Positions 24,557 to 37,400 of a stretch of DNA of 64,000 nucleotides are shown here, in pieces. The DNA is from Gnetum montanum. Its lineage: Eukaryota; Plantae; Gnetophyta. The translations under genes and the position numbers were made by a program. The stretch is from contig MNCI01001975.1 in NCBI GenBank assembly GCA_015680685.1, positions 334,262 to 398,261 of the forward strand. The letters are read 5' to 3'. The stretch's first letter is position 1. Every line of letters starts with the position of its first letter. A model generated the notes under the pieces. That model saw only the letters and a program-made list of their open reading frames with translations, ran no database searches and was not told where the DNA came from.

Positions 24557-25942
24557 TGATGAGCGGCGAGGTACCCCTACACTCAACCATACGAATACAA
24601 GCGTTCACACATGATCCGGTCAAACTCTGTGAATAGGCTAGTTGTGGTATTTAGATAGTTACAAGTTGATTGTAGTTTGCTGTCTTCCCACCTAGACTAG
24701 TATTTGCTTTGTCACGTATGGTTTAGTCTAGAGTGAGGCGTATGATGTCATCCTAGACTAGTGCTACTCCTAGAGACAATGGAAAATAATCTTGATTAAA
24801 CTAATGAGCAATAGGAAATGAGTCTAAGCTAGCCTAAATGCGATGAGCATCCATTCCTTAGTCATCCATACACATCTTGGACATCATGCATGACTACTAC
24901 TGGGATTACCAAGCATAGATCCTAGGTACGCTACTGAGTTACCAAGTAGGCACACTTAAATGCTCATCATTAAGTCGTACTCATTCCATAGTTAACAATA
25001 AGAATAGTAAATGATGATAAAGAAATATTAACTAAGAAAACAATAAATAACAATGACAATTAAAAATAACAATTAAACAGTTAAAACTAAGTGAATGCTA
25101 CAATGATGAAGTAATCTCAATCTTTATTTCTGATCATGTGCACGTCCAAGTACGTCACACTTGAATAAAGGTGTTGTACAATTTACAAGCATCACACTAT
25201 AGGCATGCACTTGGGAAAATAATCTAACTCCTATGGAAATAAAATGCAAGAGCTTCACTACAATTGACAAAAAGGTACCTAAGTGTGGCGGAGGGCCACT
25301 TATTTATAGGCTAAAAATAGACTTTGGGTAAATACGGCCGCGTCGACGCATGGGTGGATGCGTCAATGGGGCTGCGTATATGGGGCCCCATATACATGGC
25401 CTAGTTAATGCAACCCCAATATTGGGGATCCGATATCGGGGCCTATCAGACCAGGGCTCTGATAATAGGGCCTGACAAACCATGACTCATCAACAAGTGT
25501 TTAGTTAATGATGGACTAAAAGATGCATTAAGTGTAGTAGTTGAGCATTATTTATAGACATCACTGACCCCAAACACATCACATCTATGATTTCATACTA
25601 AAGCATATAATATTACATCTATGATATCATAGGTGCGATATTGCACTTGATTTATTTAGTGTTCATCATACCCCTACAACTAATTAAAAATTCATATTTG
25701 AGTTAAACAAAAGTATGATTAAGTTGGTTACAAAATTATAAAAGTGGGACTAAGTTTATTAAGAGTTTTTGTCATTTTTGTAAAAGCGCACTTGAATAAA
25801 GTTTTGTAATGTAGCACTCAAGTCATTGTTATATAGTCTATTAGTGATTTAGTTCATTAGTGTCACTATCATAAATTTTGTAACAAACTCTTTTCTAATT
25901 TTTGTTTAACTCAAGGATGAGTTTTTAGTTAGTCATGGGGTA

Positions 25943-26875
25943 TGATGTACAAGTCTTTGGTGAACTACGATGTCAAAGATGCAATGTCATATTTTATGAT
26001 GTGATGTCTCATATGCAAATTTGTAGTGGTAATAAATGCCTATAACTAGACCATCTCTAACATTTAATGCATCATTAATGCAATAGGTATAAAGACTCTA
26101 TAAGTTATTTCCATGAATTTTAGAAATAGCTAGTGAGTGTTCATAGTTTGAATTTGGGGTGGTGGAACTTGAAATAATTGAAACATAGGTACACCCCAAG
26201 ATTTGTAGAAGTTTATAACTTATTGCTACCTGGTAGAATCAAACCTATGACTTAGGGGGCTACCAGGCCAAGACACATACTACTAGGCGCATGGTATGGA
26301 TTTGAACTACTTGTACATAGTCTTATTTGAAATGGCATTATACTTAAACACATTCCATAATGGTGATAAGATCGAGATCATTCTTATCTCTTACAATATT
26401 TTAACTTACACTAGATTTTACTTTCCAAGCATTTATTTTTCTATATTCTTTAGCACTTAGCTTAATAATTTACACTTTCATGCATTGTAGTAAATTAGTA
26501 GAATGAGTATGACTAGTTTTGAGTTTAACATGTAATTTCTTAGTAACCAAGTAATGATATTTTTGGCACATCTAGTAGCTTATTACTTGGTAATCTTGGT
26601 GGTGATTATCCTAGTCTAGGATGTGTATAGAAAATCAAAAGAAAATGCTCATCACCCTTAGACTAGATCAGGATTTGCTTCACTGTTTGTTATATTAATT
26701 AGTTAAGTACTATATTTTACATTTATTAATTAAATATGCTAAACAATATCATTACCATATGCCTCAGTATGCAATAATCTACATGCTTAGAACCACAACT
26801 CAAAGTAGGAAGAGAGTGACTCGTAATAGATTAACAACTTATTTCTACAGAAATGTTTATTAAACATCTACAAGG
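25943..26875 (+). mobile_element. Decayed 3' LTR of the Athila-like family
   Basis: PPT region CTCAAGGATGAG...GTCATGGGGTA then TGATGTAC; reverse-complement homology to 19150-19780. Confidence 0.7.
26160..26300 (-). mobile_element. Possible tRNA-derived SINE inserted in the LTR
   Basis: Interrupts LTR homology; minus strand has A-box-like TGCGCCTAGTAG and B-box-like GGTTTGATTC; imperfect flanking duplication GTTTGAATTTG / GTATGGATTTG. Confidence 0.4.
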
Positions 26876-27229
26876 ACACCTCCATGAACTAAGTGTTGAG
26901 ATACTTAACCCATGGTCACAAATAGTATTCAGATCAATGTAACCTTCGATATGGTATTGATTATGAAATGAAGGGGCATAAATTCTGTAATTAAATATGA
27001 ACTTAGCTTATTGTAAATAAACTAGGAATCATAGGAAATGATGAGAAAGTGATGTTTTTAATGCTAAAAATGAATAAGTGTAAAATCACAAGAAGATTGA
27101 TTAAGTATAGATTATCGAAAAAAATTAAGTTCAGGATAGTCTATGAATGATGGAATAAAAAAAATTAAGTGTAAAATGTGGAAAATAGTATAAAATATCA
27201 AATAGTATAACTATAATGTGAAGGGAAGT

Positions 27230-27820
27230 ATCTCATTTCCCTCCCCAAATAATAGAACTTTTAGGCTGAAAAATGACTAAGTATAAAAAAGGCTAAAAAT
27301 TTGACTAAGTATAGAATATGATGTTGGAGATAGAAAAAATTTTAAGTATGAAACTTATATTAAAGGATATGAAATGTTGAAATATTAATGTTATTATGTA
27401 GAGATAAGGATGTCAAATCTTTCCCTAAAAATAAAATTTTTATGTGAAAATATAGTTAAGTGTAAAATCCTAAGAATTTGACTAAGTGTAAAAAATTGAA
27501 AATTTGACGAAGTATAGAATGTGATGTAGTAGATAGAAATAATTCTAAGTGTAAAAATTATATAAAAGGATATAAAATATTGAAATATTAATATTTTTAT
27601 CTAGAGAGAAGGATGTTAGATTCCTTCCTAAAAAATGAAAATTTTGTGCGGAAACATAGTTAAGTATAAAATGCTGAAAATTTGACTAAGTATAGAATGT
27701 GATGTAGGAGATAAAAAAAAATCTAGGTATAGAATGCAAGTAAATGAGTGTAGAATAATAAAAGTGAGATTCTTCAATATGAGGAAAAGGTTCCAAATCC
27801 TTTCCCAAATAATAAAATAC
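27230..27820. repeat. About 190-210 bp degenerate tandem repeat (about 3 units) built on AAGTRTARAA submotifs
   Basis: AAAATTTGACTAAGTATAGAAT(A/G)TGATGT-like block recurs at about 27296, 27500 and 27677. Confidence 0.8.
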
Positions 27821-30800
27821 TTTATTGATGAGTTGTGAAGCATTCGCCTCCTACAGATGGTCAAACTAAAAATGATGGGAGAAAAGTGTAAGTATGATAG
27901 AATGGATAAGAAAAGCTTAGATATTAAGCAAAATATAGATTTTGAGGATCGATGGAGAAGTCGTAGATGCGATCTAGAGTGAATTTTGGATAATGGGGCT
28001 TTTTTGATCGAGATTCCTTTCATTGACATGGAAGTTGGAAAAATTCTAACTGTTGAAAGTGTTGCATAAGCCTAAAAAAATTCTATCACTAGAAGTGATG
28101 TTGAATGTGCAATAGGTGTTGAAGATGGTTGAGGAGCACATGGGAGCTACGGTGGTGAAAAGCACTTGTGCTTTTGATTACTAAAAATTTGAAAACTCCT
28201 CTTAAATCTCAAAATATCTTACCTCAAACTTGTGTTTTGAGCTTATATTTATAGGCCTAATTTCATCAAATTTAACTTAGGGTTGCTAAAATTGAACTCA
28301 AAGTTAAGTGTAAATTATTATTGAGTTTGAAAATAGCAAGTTTAGTCTTTGGTTTTAGTGAACGTGGCAACTTGTAAACGTGATGCCAAAATTAATGCTG
28401 ACACTGACATTGACATTGGCGTTAATGCTAATGCTAGCGTTGATGTAGTGTCAACGTCAATTCCTAGAGTTATAAAAATATTTTGACAATTTTTCCAACT
28501 AAAAATTCTAACTCTAGAAAGGCTAAAATTGACCTTGAAATATGTCAAGATGGTAATTTTGAAGTGTTGAGGGATCCATAGACTAGTGGAAAGCTATGAA
28601 CTTGGTATATGGGATAATTTAAAGATGTTGAGATGAGTTATGATCTTACCAGTGTTCCATACTTTGCCAAAAATGCTAATTTTCCAAGTTTCAAAAAGCT
28701 TGTGGAAAAGTGCAAATTTTGGAGCTTGGAGCATCAAAACTACTATCGATGAGTCATCTTGATTTTGGGGATCCATGGTGCAAGCCAAAGCACAGTTTTG
28801 GTGAGATTTGGAAGTTCCAGTGATGGTGATACCAATGTTATGCTAACGTAGCATTAGCATTAGTTCCCAAAGTTAGAAAAAGTTTTTGACAATTTTTGGA
28901 ATTTTTCCAAAGTTGTTGGAATTGATGTTAAAAAGTTGGGATATGACTTCGAATGATCCCTGGGGGCCTCCAAAGGATAAAAAAGTTCCTTGAAAGGTTA
29001 TATTTGGGGGATTTTTTGCTGCGGTGTTGAAAAAAACCGCATTTGGAACATAATTTCCTCCAACACTAAGAAAAAGGTTGGCCTTAGTGTCCCAAGGCCA
29101 AACTACCAAATTTGTCAAATTCAAACTCTATGATGTCAGGGAAGTGTAGGATGTACCTTTGGTGATCCTGCATGATGAAAAATCTACAAAAGCTCCAACA
29201 CTTAAAAAAATTTTTGGCCCTAGCTAGCTCCAACATTTTGAAAAATTTTGGTTTTAGAGTTTTTCAGAGATCTTAAAAAAATTAGTACATAAGTTGGATT
29301 ATGAACCTAGATGATTCCTAATGGTCCTCAAAAATTTTAAATTAGCCACAATGGGAACATGTGTAGTTTCTTAATGTAAGGTACTACCCTCATTTTTTTA
29401 TCATCATATACTATGGCGTAGTACCACAATAATCATGTTCCTTCCATGACACAAACTTCATCACCTCATAGATAAAAGCATTTTCGTAAGAGAAAAAAAT
29501 TTATAACTATCTATGAGTATTCATGCTCATCCCCTTTCTCACCATTATCTTCAAAGAAATGGGACCAAGGAGAGTATGATTCTAAAGAATAAGTTTAAAA
29601 CCTAGAATGCTCTTAGGTAACTTAATCATGGAGGTTACCAAGTGGCAGCATTAAACTTAGTCATGGAGGAAGAGTTATCTATGTAATAGCTTCAATGATA
29701 GAGTATGGTTATTTATTTGATGTATATTTTTTATGCATATTTTTTAAAAATAATGATATATTATTCTCTAATTTTCTTATTCTTTTGGTTTGGTGTGATT
29801 TGATGTGCATGTTTTTCAGCATGCAGATCTATCAATTTTGGTTTGCTATTTCTTTAGTGTGATTATTTGTGTGTATTTATTTTTGATATTAGCAATTTAT
29901 CAATTTTGATTTTTTATAATCTTTCAATTATGTTTTTTGTGTATATGGAAAATCAATTAATATGCTTTATGAATGCTCACCCAATAAACTAGCGATGGAT
30001 GGATGAGTTATAGATGTGATGATTATGCAAGAGTGCTAAATGGGTCTAAATTGAAGCTTTAATTGATGGAATGTCCATGCAAAAAATAAAAAAATAAAAA
30101 AAATCGTCCACCCACTTTCTTGTATCTATCACTGGTGAATTAGGCTTAGATTTAGTATGGATCTAAAATTCACATAATGAGTTGTTAAAGCTACTACTAT
30201 TGGAACTGTGGATAGCTCGTAGATCCACACCTTAAGATGTAAGCTCTAGAATTTTCAAAGAGTGCTTGGTCACTATCAAGAAAAGGGTGTGTTATCCAGG
30301 GTTATTATGACCATTGGATGTGTTTGATTGATGTGATTAGACTGAGGTGCATGTGTTTGCCATGCCTAGCCACCCTGGTTAGAAGAGGTTCATGATCTTA
30401 TGGACCTATGTGTGTCATGTGGTGAGGGGTGAATTCTCATGTTTAGGCAAGTCAAAGACTCCAGGTGATGATCTAGCACTCTAATCATTTTAATGATTTT
30501 CATTGACCATTCAAAAATATTCTTCTCATAAAAAAAATATGAAAAAATGAATGAAAAAAAAATATACATATGAATGAAAATGAAAAAAGAAAGCGAGCAG
30601 GAAAAAATGTTGAAAATTAACTAAAGAAGAAGAGGTGATTGGAAGAGTGATAAGATTTCAAGCTTTAGTTAATGAAAATTAGTATTTTTACCATCCTAGA
30701 TTGATATTATGATTACTCAAATTATGACCAAAATGAGTGGTTGAACCAATACTTATTCAAGTCTTTTTAATGTTCAACTTGATTCCTAAATCACTTGTCT

Positions 30801-32859
30801 CCCAAAAGGTAATAGTTCAAGATAATCTCTTGCTCATACCTACCCATGGTCATGAAGGCATAGAAGTCTCTTTCTTAGTGAATCTTTGTAATATTAAATG
30901 TTGCTTCTACTCAATTTTTGAACACATTTGTTTTGAAGAATTAAGATCATAACTCTTGATGTAAACCATGATCATATCTAAATTATGAAAATATAATTTC
31001 TTAGTCATGGCATTGTAATCATTGTTGGAATTACAACTAGTTAGCATAGCTAGAGGGATCGATGAGAGGTTTTTAGTAAAGAAAAATTTCAGAAACCTAT
31101 TGTGCATACATGTAAGGATGGAGGAAAAATGAACTAGACTCTTGACTTCTAGATGATTTGCATCACATTGACTTGGTTTGGTTTCACCAATGGTTTGATT
31201 GTGGAATAATCATGGCTAGATGGCACTGGTAGTGGTAGGTATGATCTTACACTCAAAAGTCGAACTTGGAGATCTATCCCTATTATGTGGATGAGTAGTA
31301 GTGAAGGAATGCATCAGTTAACCTTTAATGAGGTGTAGAATGTGCTCATGTGCTTTCAAAAGCTAATTGAATGGTTGGCTCGAAATCCAATGATGTTACA
31401 CTCTCATGTTCTCTCTCTTTTTCATCATGCATTCTCAATCTCTTTCTTTTCATTCTTTCTTATGCATTATTGTGTATTGTAGGAAGTTGATCAAACAAAG
31501 TGGAGGATGAGATTTGACCATTCAAGAAGATAGAATTACATTTGATGTTGTGTTTTACTAATTATTGGAAATCCACGAGTGTCCTCTCAATGGATTTTAC
31601 AAGGGCAAGAATGATAGGTTCCTACAATGGGAAGGACCTACTTGGGAATCCTTGGTGGCTTAGCATTATGAGCAAGTCAGCTCAAGCTTATCTTCTAGGG
31701 ATGATGGTGGTTGCATGACATAAAAAATATGATTGATCTTACACTTATCTTTATTTCAACTCTACAAGCTTCAAGGTTTGATCATGGAAAACTATTCTTA
31801 GCTCACCTCACTTATGCCTATTTATTTAACCTTTGGGTATCCTATTTATCATCCATTTCTCTAACCCCTCTTTCCTAGTTCTTGGATCATGGGAATAAGC
31901 AGATTTGACATTGTGATTCAAATTCCATGAGTTTGGATGTCAGCCAAGAAATGATATTAATGTTTTAGTCTTCTCGCTAATTTTATGGCTTATTTGATTC
32001 AATTCTTGGTTAGATCCATGAAATTTTCTTGAACATTTACTCTTCTTATTTTTTCCATTGGCATTTTTCATGTGGTTCAAGAGAGTTATCTTGTAACTCA
32101 GTTGTAGGGAAGAGGCACTAATTCATATATGTACTTTTTAATTTTGGTAGTTATTCAAATTATTTCCATCTTATTTTTACTTACCCATGCATGTCTTGAT
32201 TTTATCATGGTTATGAGGGATATACTTATCATTGTTTCTATGGTTATTTTTTGTGATGGTGGTATAATGCCTTAGAGATATCACTTGATTTTTAGCAATT
32301 TTACAACTCATCATGCTTAGGTGATTGCACTTAGGATTCTATAGAATTACTTGGGAGAAGATTGAGAGATATTAGTCCTTGATATATGGTATTGTAAGAG
32401 AACCATCGATCTTGAAATAAGAGGAGAAACAACATCAATTAGTAGATCCAACACCTATACATAAGAGACCTCCCTCAAGAGAGAGATCTTCAAGTTGAGC
32501 ATGTGCCTAGTAAGATCTCCTAAACAAGTGTCAAAGGATATAGTAAGAGATAATTTGAAAAAGGATGGCTTGGAATAAGGTGTAGGCATAAATGATGTAT
32601 GATAGAGATCCATCCACAAGGCTAAGGTGATGGACCTTGAGGTGTACCTACAAAGATTTCACATGTTCAAACCCTATACTTCCAGCTTCTTCCGACTCCA
32701 TGTAGGCATGTTAGTAAAATTTTATCTTTAGACATACCTCCTAGTACTTCTTAGTGAGATGGATTATCCTATAACATAGTCATGGTTTATATTATACATT
32801 TTTAATTCCTCTAAATTAATATTCTCATGTCATAGCCCCTATTTTTGTGTCTTGGGTAT

Positions 32860-33400
32860 TAAAGCTATAGGACTAGCTTTACTCAGTTGTGGGGGAATGG
32901 TGAGGTATCCAGTGATAGTTTGTAAGTTGATTATTAAAAGTCCTGTACTTGGTAAGTGTTTCATGTGCACTTTGTTTATAGTCCTAGTGTGTTCAGTTGT
33001 GGTTTGCATCTCCCAAGTATGCTCCCTTACCTTTCATATTGTACTGTTGGGTTTTTTGCATGTCTTAAGCTCCTTAGGACATTTTTGTCTCCATTTGGAC
33101 ATCTTGAGGTTATTTCAACATGTTCCCTTAAATTTTGTGTTGCATCTAGGAGCAACACCTAGAATCTTGAAAAAAGGAAAAGGGGCATGCAAACTCCCCT
33201 ATGTTAATGCACCCTCCTACATCAACATCCCTATGTCACTGCACCCCTTACTTACCCAAGTTTAGGTCAAAGTGACAAAAATGTGATTCTATTGGCTTAG
33301 GATTTATTGAAAAACCTTTTTTGATACATGGGTTTTGACAAGCCTCCACCGTTATATTGCATAAACTCTAAATACTTGGGATGATCTCTCAAACATATCT
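32860..33400 (+). mobile_element. PPT and start of an LTR of a decayed Athila-like element (internal region probably 29700-32897)
   Basis: AGGACTAGCTTTACTCAGTTGTGGGGGAA followed by TGGTGAG at 32898, mirroring the family PPT/LTR junction. Confidence 0.45.
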
Positions 33401-34215
33401 CAGCATACTTTGACATTTCATTTTGGCTTTTGATGTTTGTTTTGTATGGATAGATTTTTCTTTCTTAGGTAAGTTAATTCTTTTTCTTGTTTGTGTATAT
33501 ATTTTGAGTTGTCACTTTTATAAGTGTGGCTAGACTCTATTAGAGTGCTNATGTTGTAATCCCTTATGAGAAAGGTGTAACACCACACATAACGCAATAA
33601 ATGGCTCTTAGTCACAATATCAATGTCCCAATACCATGCTGTATAGTTATGAGCTCCTTGTATAAGGATGAGTCATCACAACATGATAAAATGAAAATTA
33701 CATGAATATTTTTAATGTTTTTATGTTTAAGGAATTAATGGTAGAATAAGGAAAACCCATTATCTTTATTCACCATGCAAACACTGAACTCTACATCAAC
33801 AAAATAGTTTTAGGCTATATAAGTAAGATAGCACTCTAATAGAGTCTAGCCACACTTATAAAAGTGACAACTCAAAATATATACACAAACAAGAAAAAGA
33901 ATTAACTTACCTAAGAAAGAAAAATCTATCCATACAAAACAAACATCAAAAGCCAAAATGAAATGTCAAAGTATGCTGAGATATGTTTGAGANTATCTAA
34001 TTTACTATTTATTTATGAAATATTTGAAATTTTAAATACCTTTACTTTGATGATCATAAATAAAGATGATGAATTAAAGACATCAATAATGTATGAGTTA
34101 GGCTAAAGAATGTTTTCCTTTGATCCTAAACTTAATAAAATTGTAACAAAATACTTCATTGTTGTAAATACATTATTTTATCTTTAATATCCATGTAATA
34201 TTAATTATTATTATT

Positions 34216-37200
34216 TGAAATGAAATGAAATGACGCTTTATTAAATTTTAAGAGCCATAGGACCTATTAGACAAATATTATATTATCATGAAAAATAAAG
34301 ATAGACTCTATGAATTGAGAAAGAACCAATGGAGCATCAATAATAAATTAGATAGATTTTTTACTATAACATTATGATGTAGTCTCAAATGAATCATCAC
34401 GACACAAGAAAGAAACACATGTGGCTAATATTCAAGGGCTCTTGACCAACATAACCTATAAATGTACTCTTCTTAAGGGAGTTGAATCCATCTTCCACTT
34501 TCAATTCTAAGATGATGAAAACTTAACCGAAGCTTGATGATAGCATTTTGATACTTGATTGGAATAACAATTGAGAGATGATGAACTTCTACATCTAGTT
34601 TATTAGATCTAATATGAAGTAAATAAAATTATCTCTTGCCTTCTACATTAGCCTACATATGTGTTAAAACCTTCTCCGTGACTAGTTGGCAAATATGCTT
34701 AGTGTTTATTACACATTCTTACAAGAGATATTCCATTTTTTTCAACTAATGCATCATCTAAAAATACTAACCATGGTCTTGCAAATCCTCAAGAACTACT
34801 TTAGAGAAATTTTCTTACCTCAATATATGTAGGTTATGAGTGTATCTAATGAAATGACATAAGGCTTCTACTTATAAAGGTAATAAATCACATTCAAATA
34901 ATAGCATTGAGTAAGATGTTTACATCTTCACCTTTAACTCATTAAGAAGAAAATTTTTTTGCACTCTTTCAATAACTTTACAAAGTTTAATATTGGGTTC
35001 AGGTCCTCCAATAATGTATCCATACAATAGAATAGGATAAATGATGGTATGTAAAATTTATCGTTAAACCTCCCAAGCCTAGAGTCCTAAATCCTTATAC
35101 TTGTTTTTGAAATCATATAGAGCCTTGAAACCTCACACTCTTTTTTTAATACACTGCCTGTACATATAATTGGTCATATAAATGAGGCCCAAATATTTAA
35201 AAGAATCTAGCATTTACATATTAATACCTCTAAAATGATAGTTATAATAGGTATTTTTTGTACTCCAAATAATCAATTTAGTTTTATCTACATTTACTTG
35301 AAGACTAGATAAATGATAATAATTTTCTAAAATTTACAACATATTTTGCATTACCTTTTACAATAGTGCAAATCAAGGAAGAATCATCTACATATAAAAG
35401 AGGTTTCATTGCTTGGGATCTAATTTTAACAACATGACTATCTTGTCCATTGTGCAATGCCTTATGCATTTCATCAAGAAAGATATGGAAGAAAGTTGCA
35501 CAAAGTGGAAATCATTGCTTAATTCTAATTTTACTCTAAAATTAAAACTTGTCTCTAAATTGTTGTTTGTAATTTTAATAATCACTTTCTCATACAATCT
35601 TTATGTTGCTATAATAAAATATTAAGGGAGGCCAATTTTAGGCAAGTGCAACCATAGTTTTGTTTAAATCATTAAATCACATGCTTTTGCAAAATTAATG
35701 AAATAAATAAAAAAATTTTATTAGGAAATTTTGCAAACTTCATGCAATACCTAAGATTAAATAAGTGATCAATAGTGGTGTGATTTTTTCTAAATCCTAC
35801 TTGATACCTTGCCTTGACCTAGTTACCTTTAGTTAAAGAATTGATTCTCTTTTCTAGTAGAGTGTCCAACAACTTAGAAAAAATGTTATTCAAAAAAATC
35901 ATTCAATAATTGTTCAAATTATTTTTATCCTCTTTTATATAGACAACTTTACTAGTTTTCCAATGTTTGTCTAATTCTTGCTTCATTGCTGCATTTAATT
36001 GGTGTCAAATTTCTCTATAAATAGCACATCCTGCCCATGTTAATAATTTTTTATATAAACCATATAAGTTTGTAGCTTTGCCAAATGCTAGCTTTTTAAT
36101 ATCCTCTATGAATTCTTGAATAGTAAATCAAAGAGGTTCTTGATATAAGATAATCATAGAATTATCATATTCTCTTGTAAATAATTTATTATAAAATGAG
36201 AAAATATATTAAAAAGAAAATTTAAATGATGTGGAGGCTTTGCACTAAAAACATTGTCAAAAGTGTTTAGGTTCCTTTTTAATGGTGTAAGCAAAATATT
36301 CCTATTGCTCCTTGATAAATTTTCTTCTATAAGTTTCAATCAAGCATTTGTATGTCTTAACTAAACTTTGTTTATGAATTTTGTTTTCATCATTAATATT
36401 TTGTCTACCATAAATGTAATCCTTAAGCACCTTGTTATTATAATTACAAAATGTGTTTAGTTGTCATAAGAAAATTTTTTTCAAGCCCATTATGCTATTT
36501 TTCAAAAGTACATTTATTATGTTATGCAATCATATATTTTAACTTGACTTCTAGGGTGACTCTATACTAAAATTTATTTTCTGTTCTTATTTTTTATTAT
36601 TTGAGAAATAGTTTGAATTTGCAATAAAAACTCTACATGATGATGGTAAGACTCCACTAAATCTTCTCCAAGTTTCAACTCAATAAAATCAATATTTTCA
36701 TAAGAACATAAAAGCAAATCAATGCAAGAGTTACCTTGAGGTCCTATGAAGGTAAGTGATGAAGATTAAGGAAATCTAGTAAGGCCATTAACTTTTATTT
36801 ATTTTAATAGTTGTTGATCCATCTTATTAATAGTGCCATGTACAAAATATCATGTCTAACTATGATCTTCAACAATATCTAAACTACCAACATTATGTTA
36901 CTACTAAAAGCAATTTATTTGTTATGAACTTGTCCTTTCATGAAAATCCCCACAAATAAATATTCTATAATATCATTGCCTAAGAACTAAAAACGATGAC
37001 CACAAGATAATTCTATAGAATCATACAATGTAGCATCTCTAGAGCCAAAATAGCATATGGCAAGGAAAGTAGAACCATACTGACATAAGGTTTTTAGCCA
37101 AATATATTGTTTATGATCATTAATTTTTTCTAAAAACATCCAATTTTCAAGAGGCTTCCTTACTAAAAATGCAATGCTACTAGAAGATCTACCTGTTTTT

Positions 37201-37400
37201 CCTAAATTTGCATTTATTGCAACAAATTTAATAAATCTAGGAACTACAAAATCTATAGAATCAGCATTGTTCTAAGTTTTTACAAAACCGAAAATATCAA
37301 AGCTATCAAAGAAGCTAATACTATTCAAAAAAACTACTTTATTTGAAATTCCACCATTTGTATTAAGAAATCCACACGTTAAAGTGCATGTACATTTTTA
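34216..37400 (-). mobile_element. Decayed RTEX-like LINE (endonuclease, RT, 3' tail)
   Basis: Endonuclease: GRSSSSIAFLVRK..YIWLKT..LAICYF..ICGDFHERT..GNSCIDF. RT: GKATNLYGL..YQVGFRKNHTTIDHLFNLR..INFAKACD..LLYVDD..LQVNVDKTK..HHLRIESGRW. 3' end AATAAAG plus (CATTT)3. Confidence 0.8.

Larger units (their letters stand above)
19781..25492 (-). mobile_element. Complete non-autonomous Athila-like LTR element (gag, no pol; TR-GAG-like)
   Basis: LTRs 19781-20734 and 24557-25492, TSD ACAAG, PBS TTGGCGCCGTTG next to the 5' LTR, PPT ...GTCGTGGGGGTA next to the 3' LTR. Confidence 0.92.
19073..25668 (-). mobile_element. Older LTR of the same family, split by a nested insertion (pieces 19073-19780 and 25498-25668)
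   Basis: Starts TGATGAG, resumes after the TSD, ends GTTCATCA and is followed by the minus-strand PPT region TACCCCTACAAC. Confidence 0.75.

Noticed and set aside
26986-29349. Possible 2.4-kb LTR (TGTAATT...AGCCACA) with TATA and tandem repeats
   Set aside because: No partner LTR or TSD, and the PPT-like and TATA orientations conflict; boundaries unsupported.
31480-31720. Accessory-ORF-like peptide DLTIQEDRITFDVVFY*LLEIHECPLNG
   Set aside because: Too decayed and short to assign beyond a probable retroelement extra-ORF relic.
33385-33993. Perfect about 163-bp inverted repeat (about 33387-33549 versus 33830-33992) resembling a MITE or hairpin
   Set aside because: Both arms end exactly at single n characters, which points to a mis-oriented contig overlap in scaffolding.
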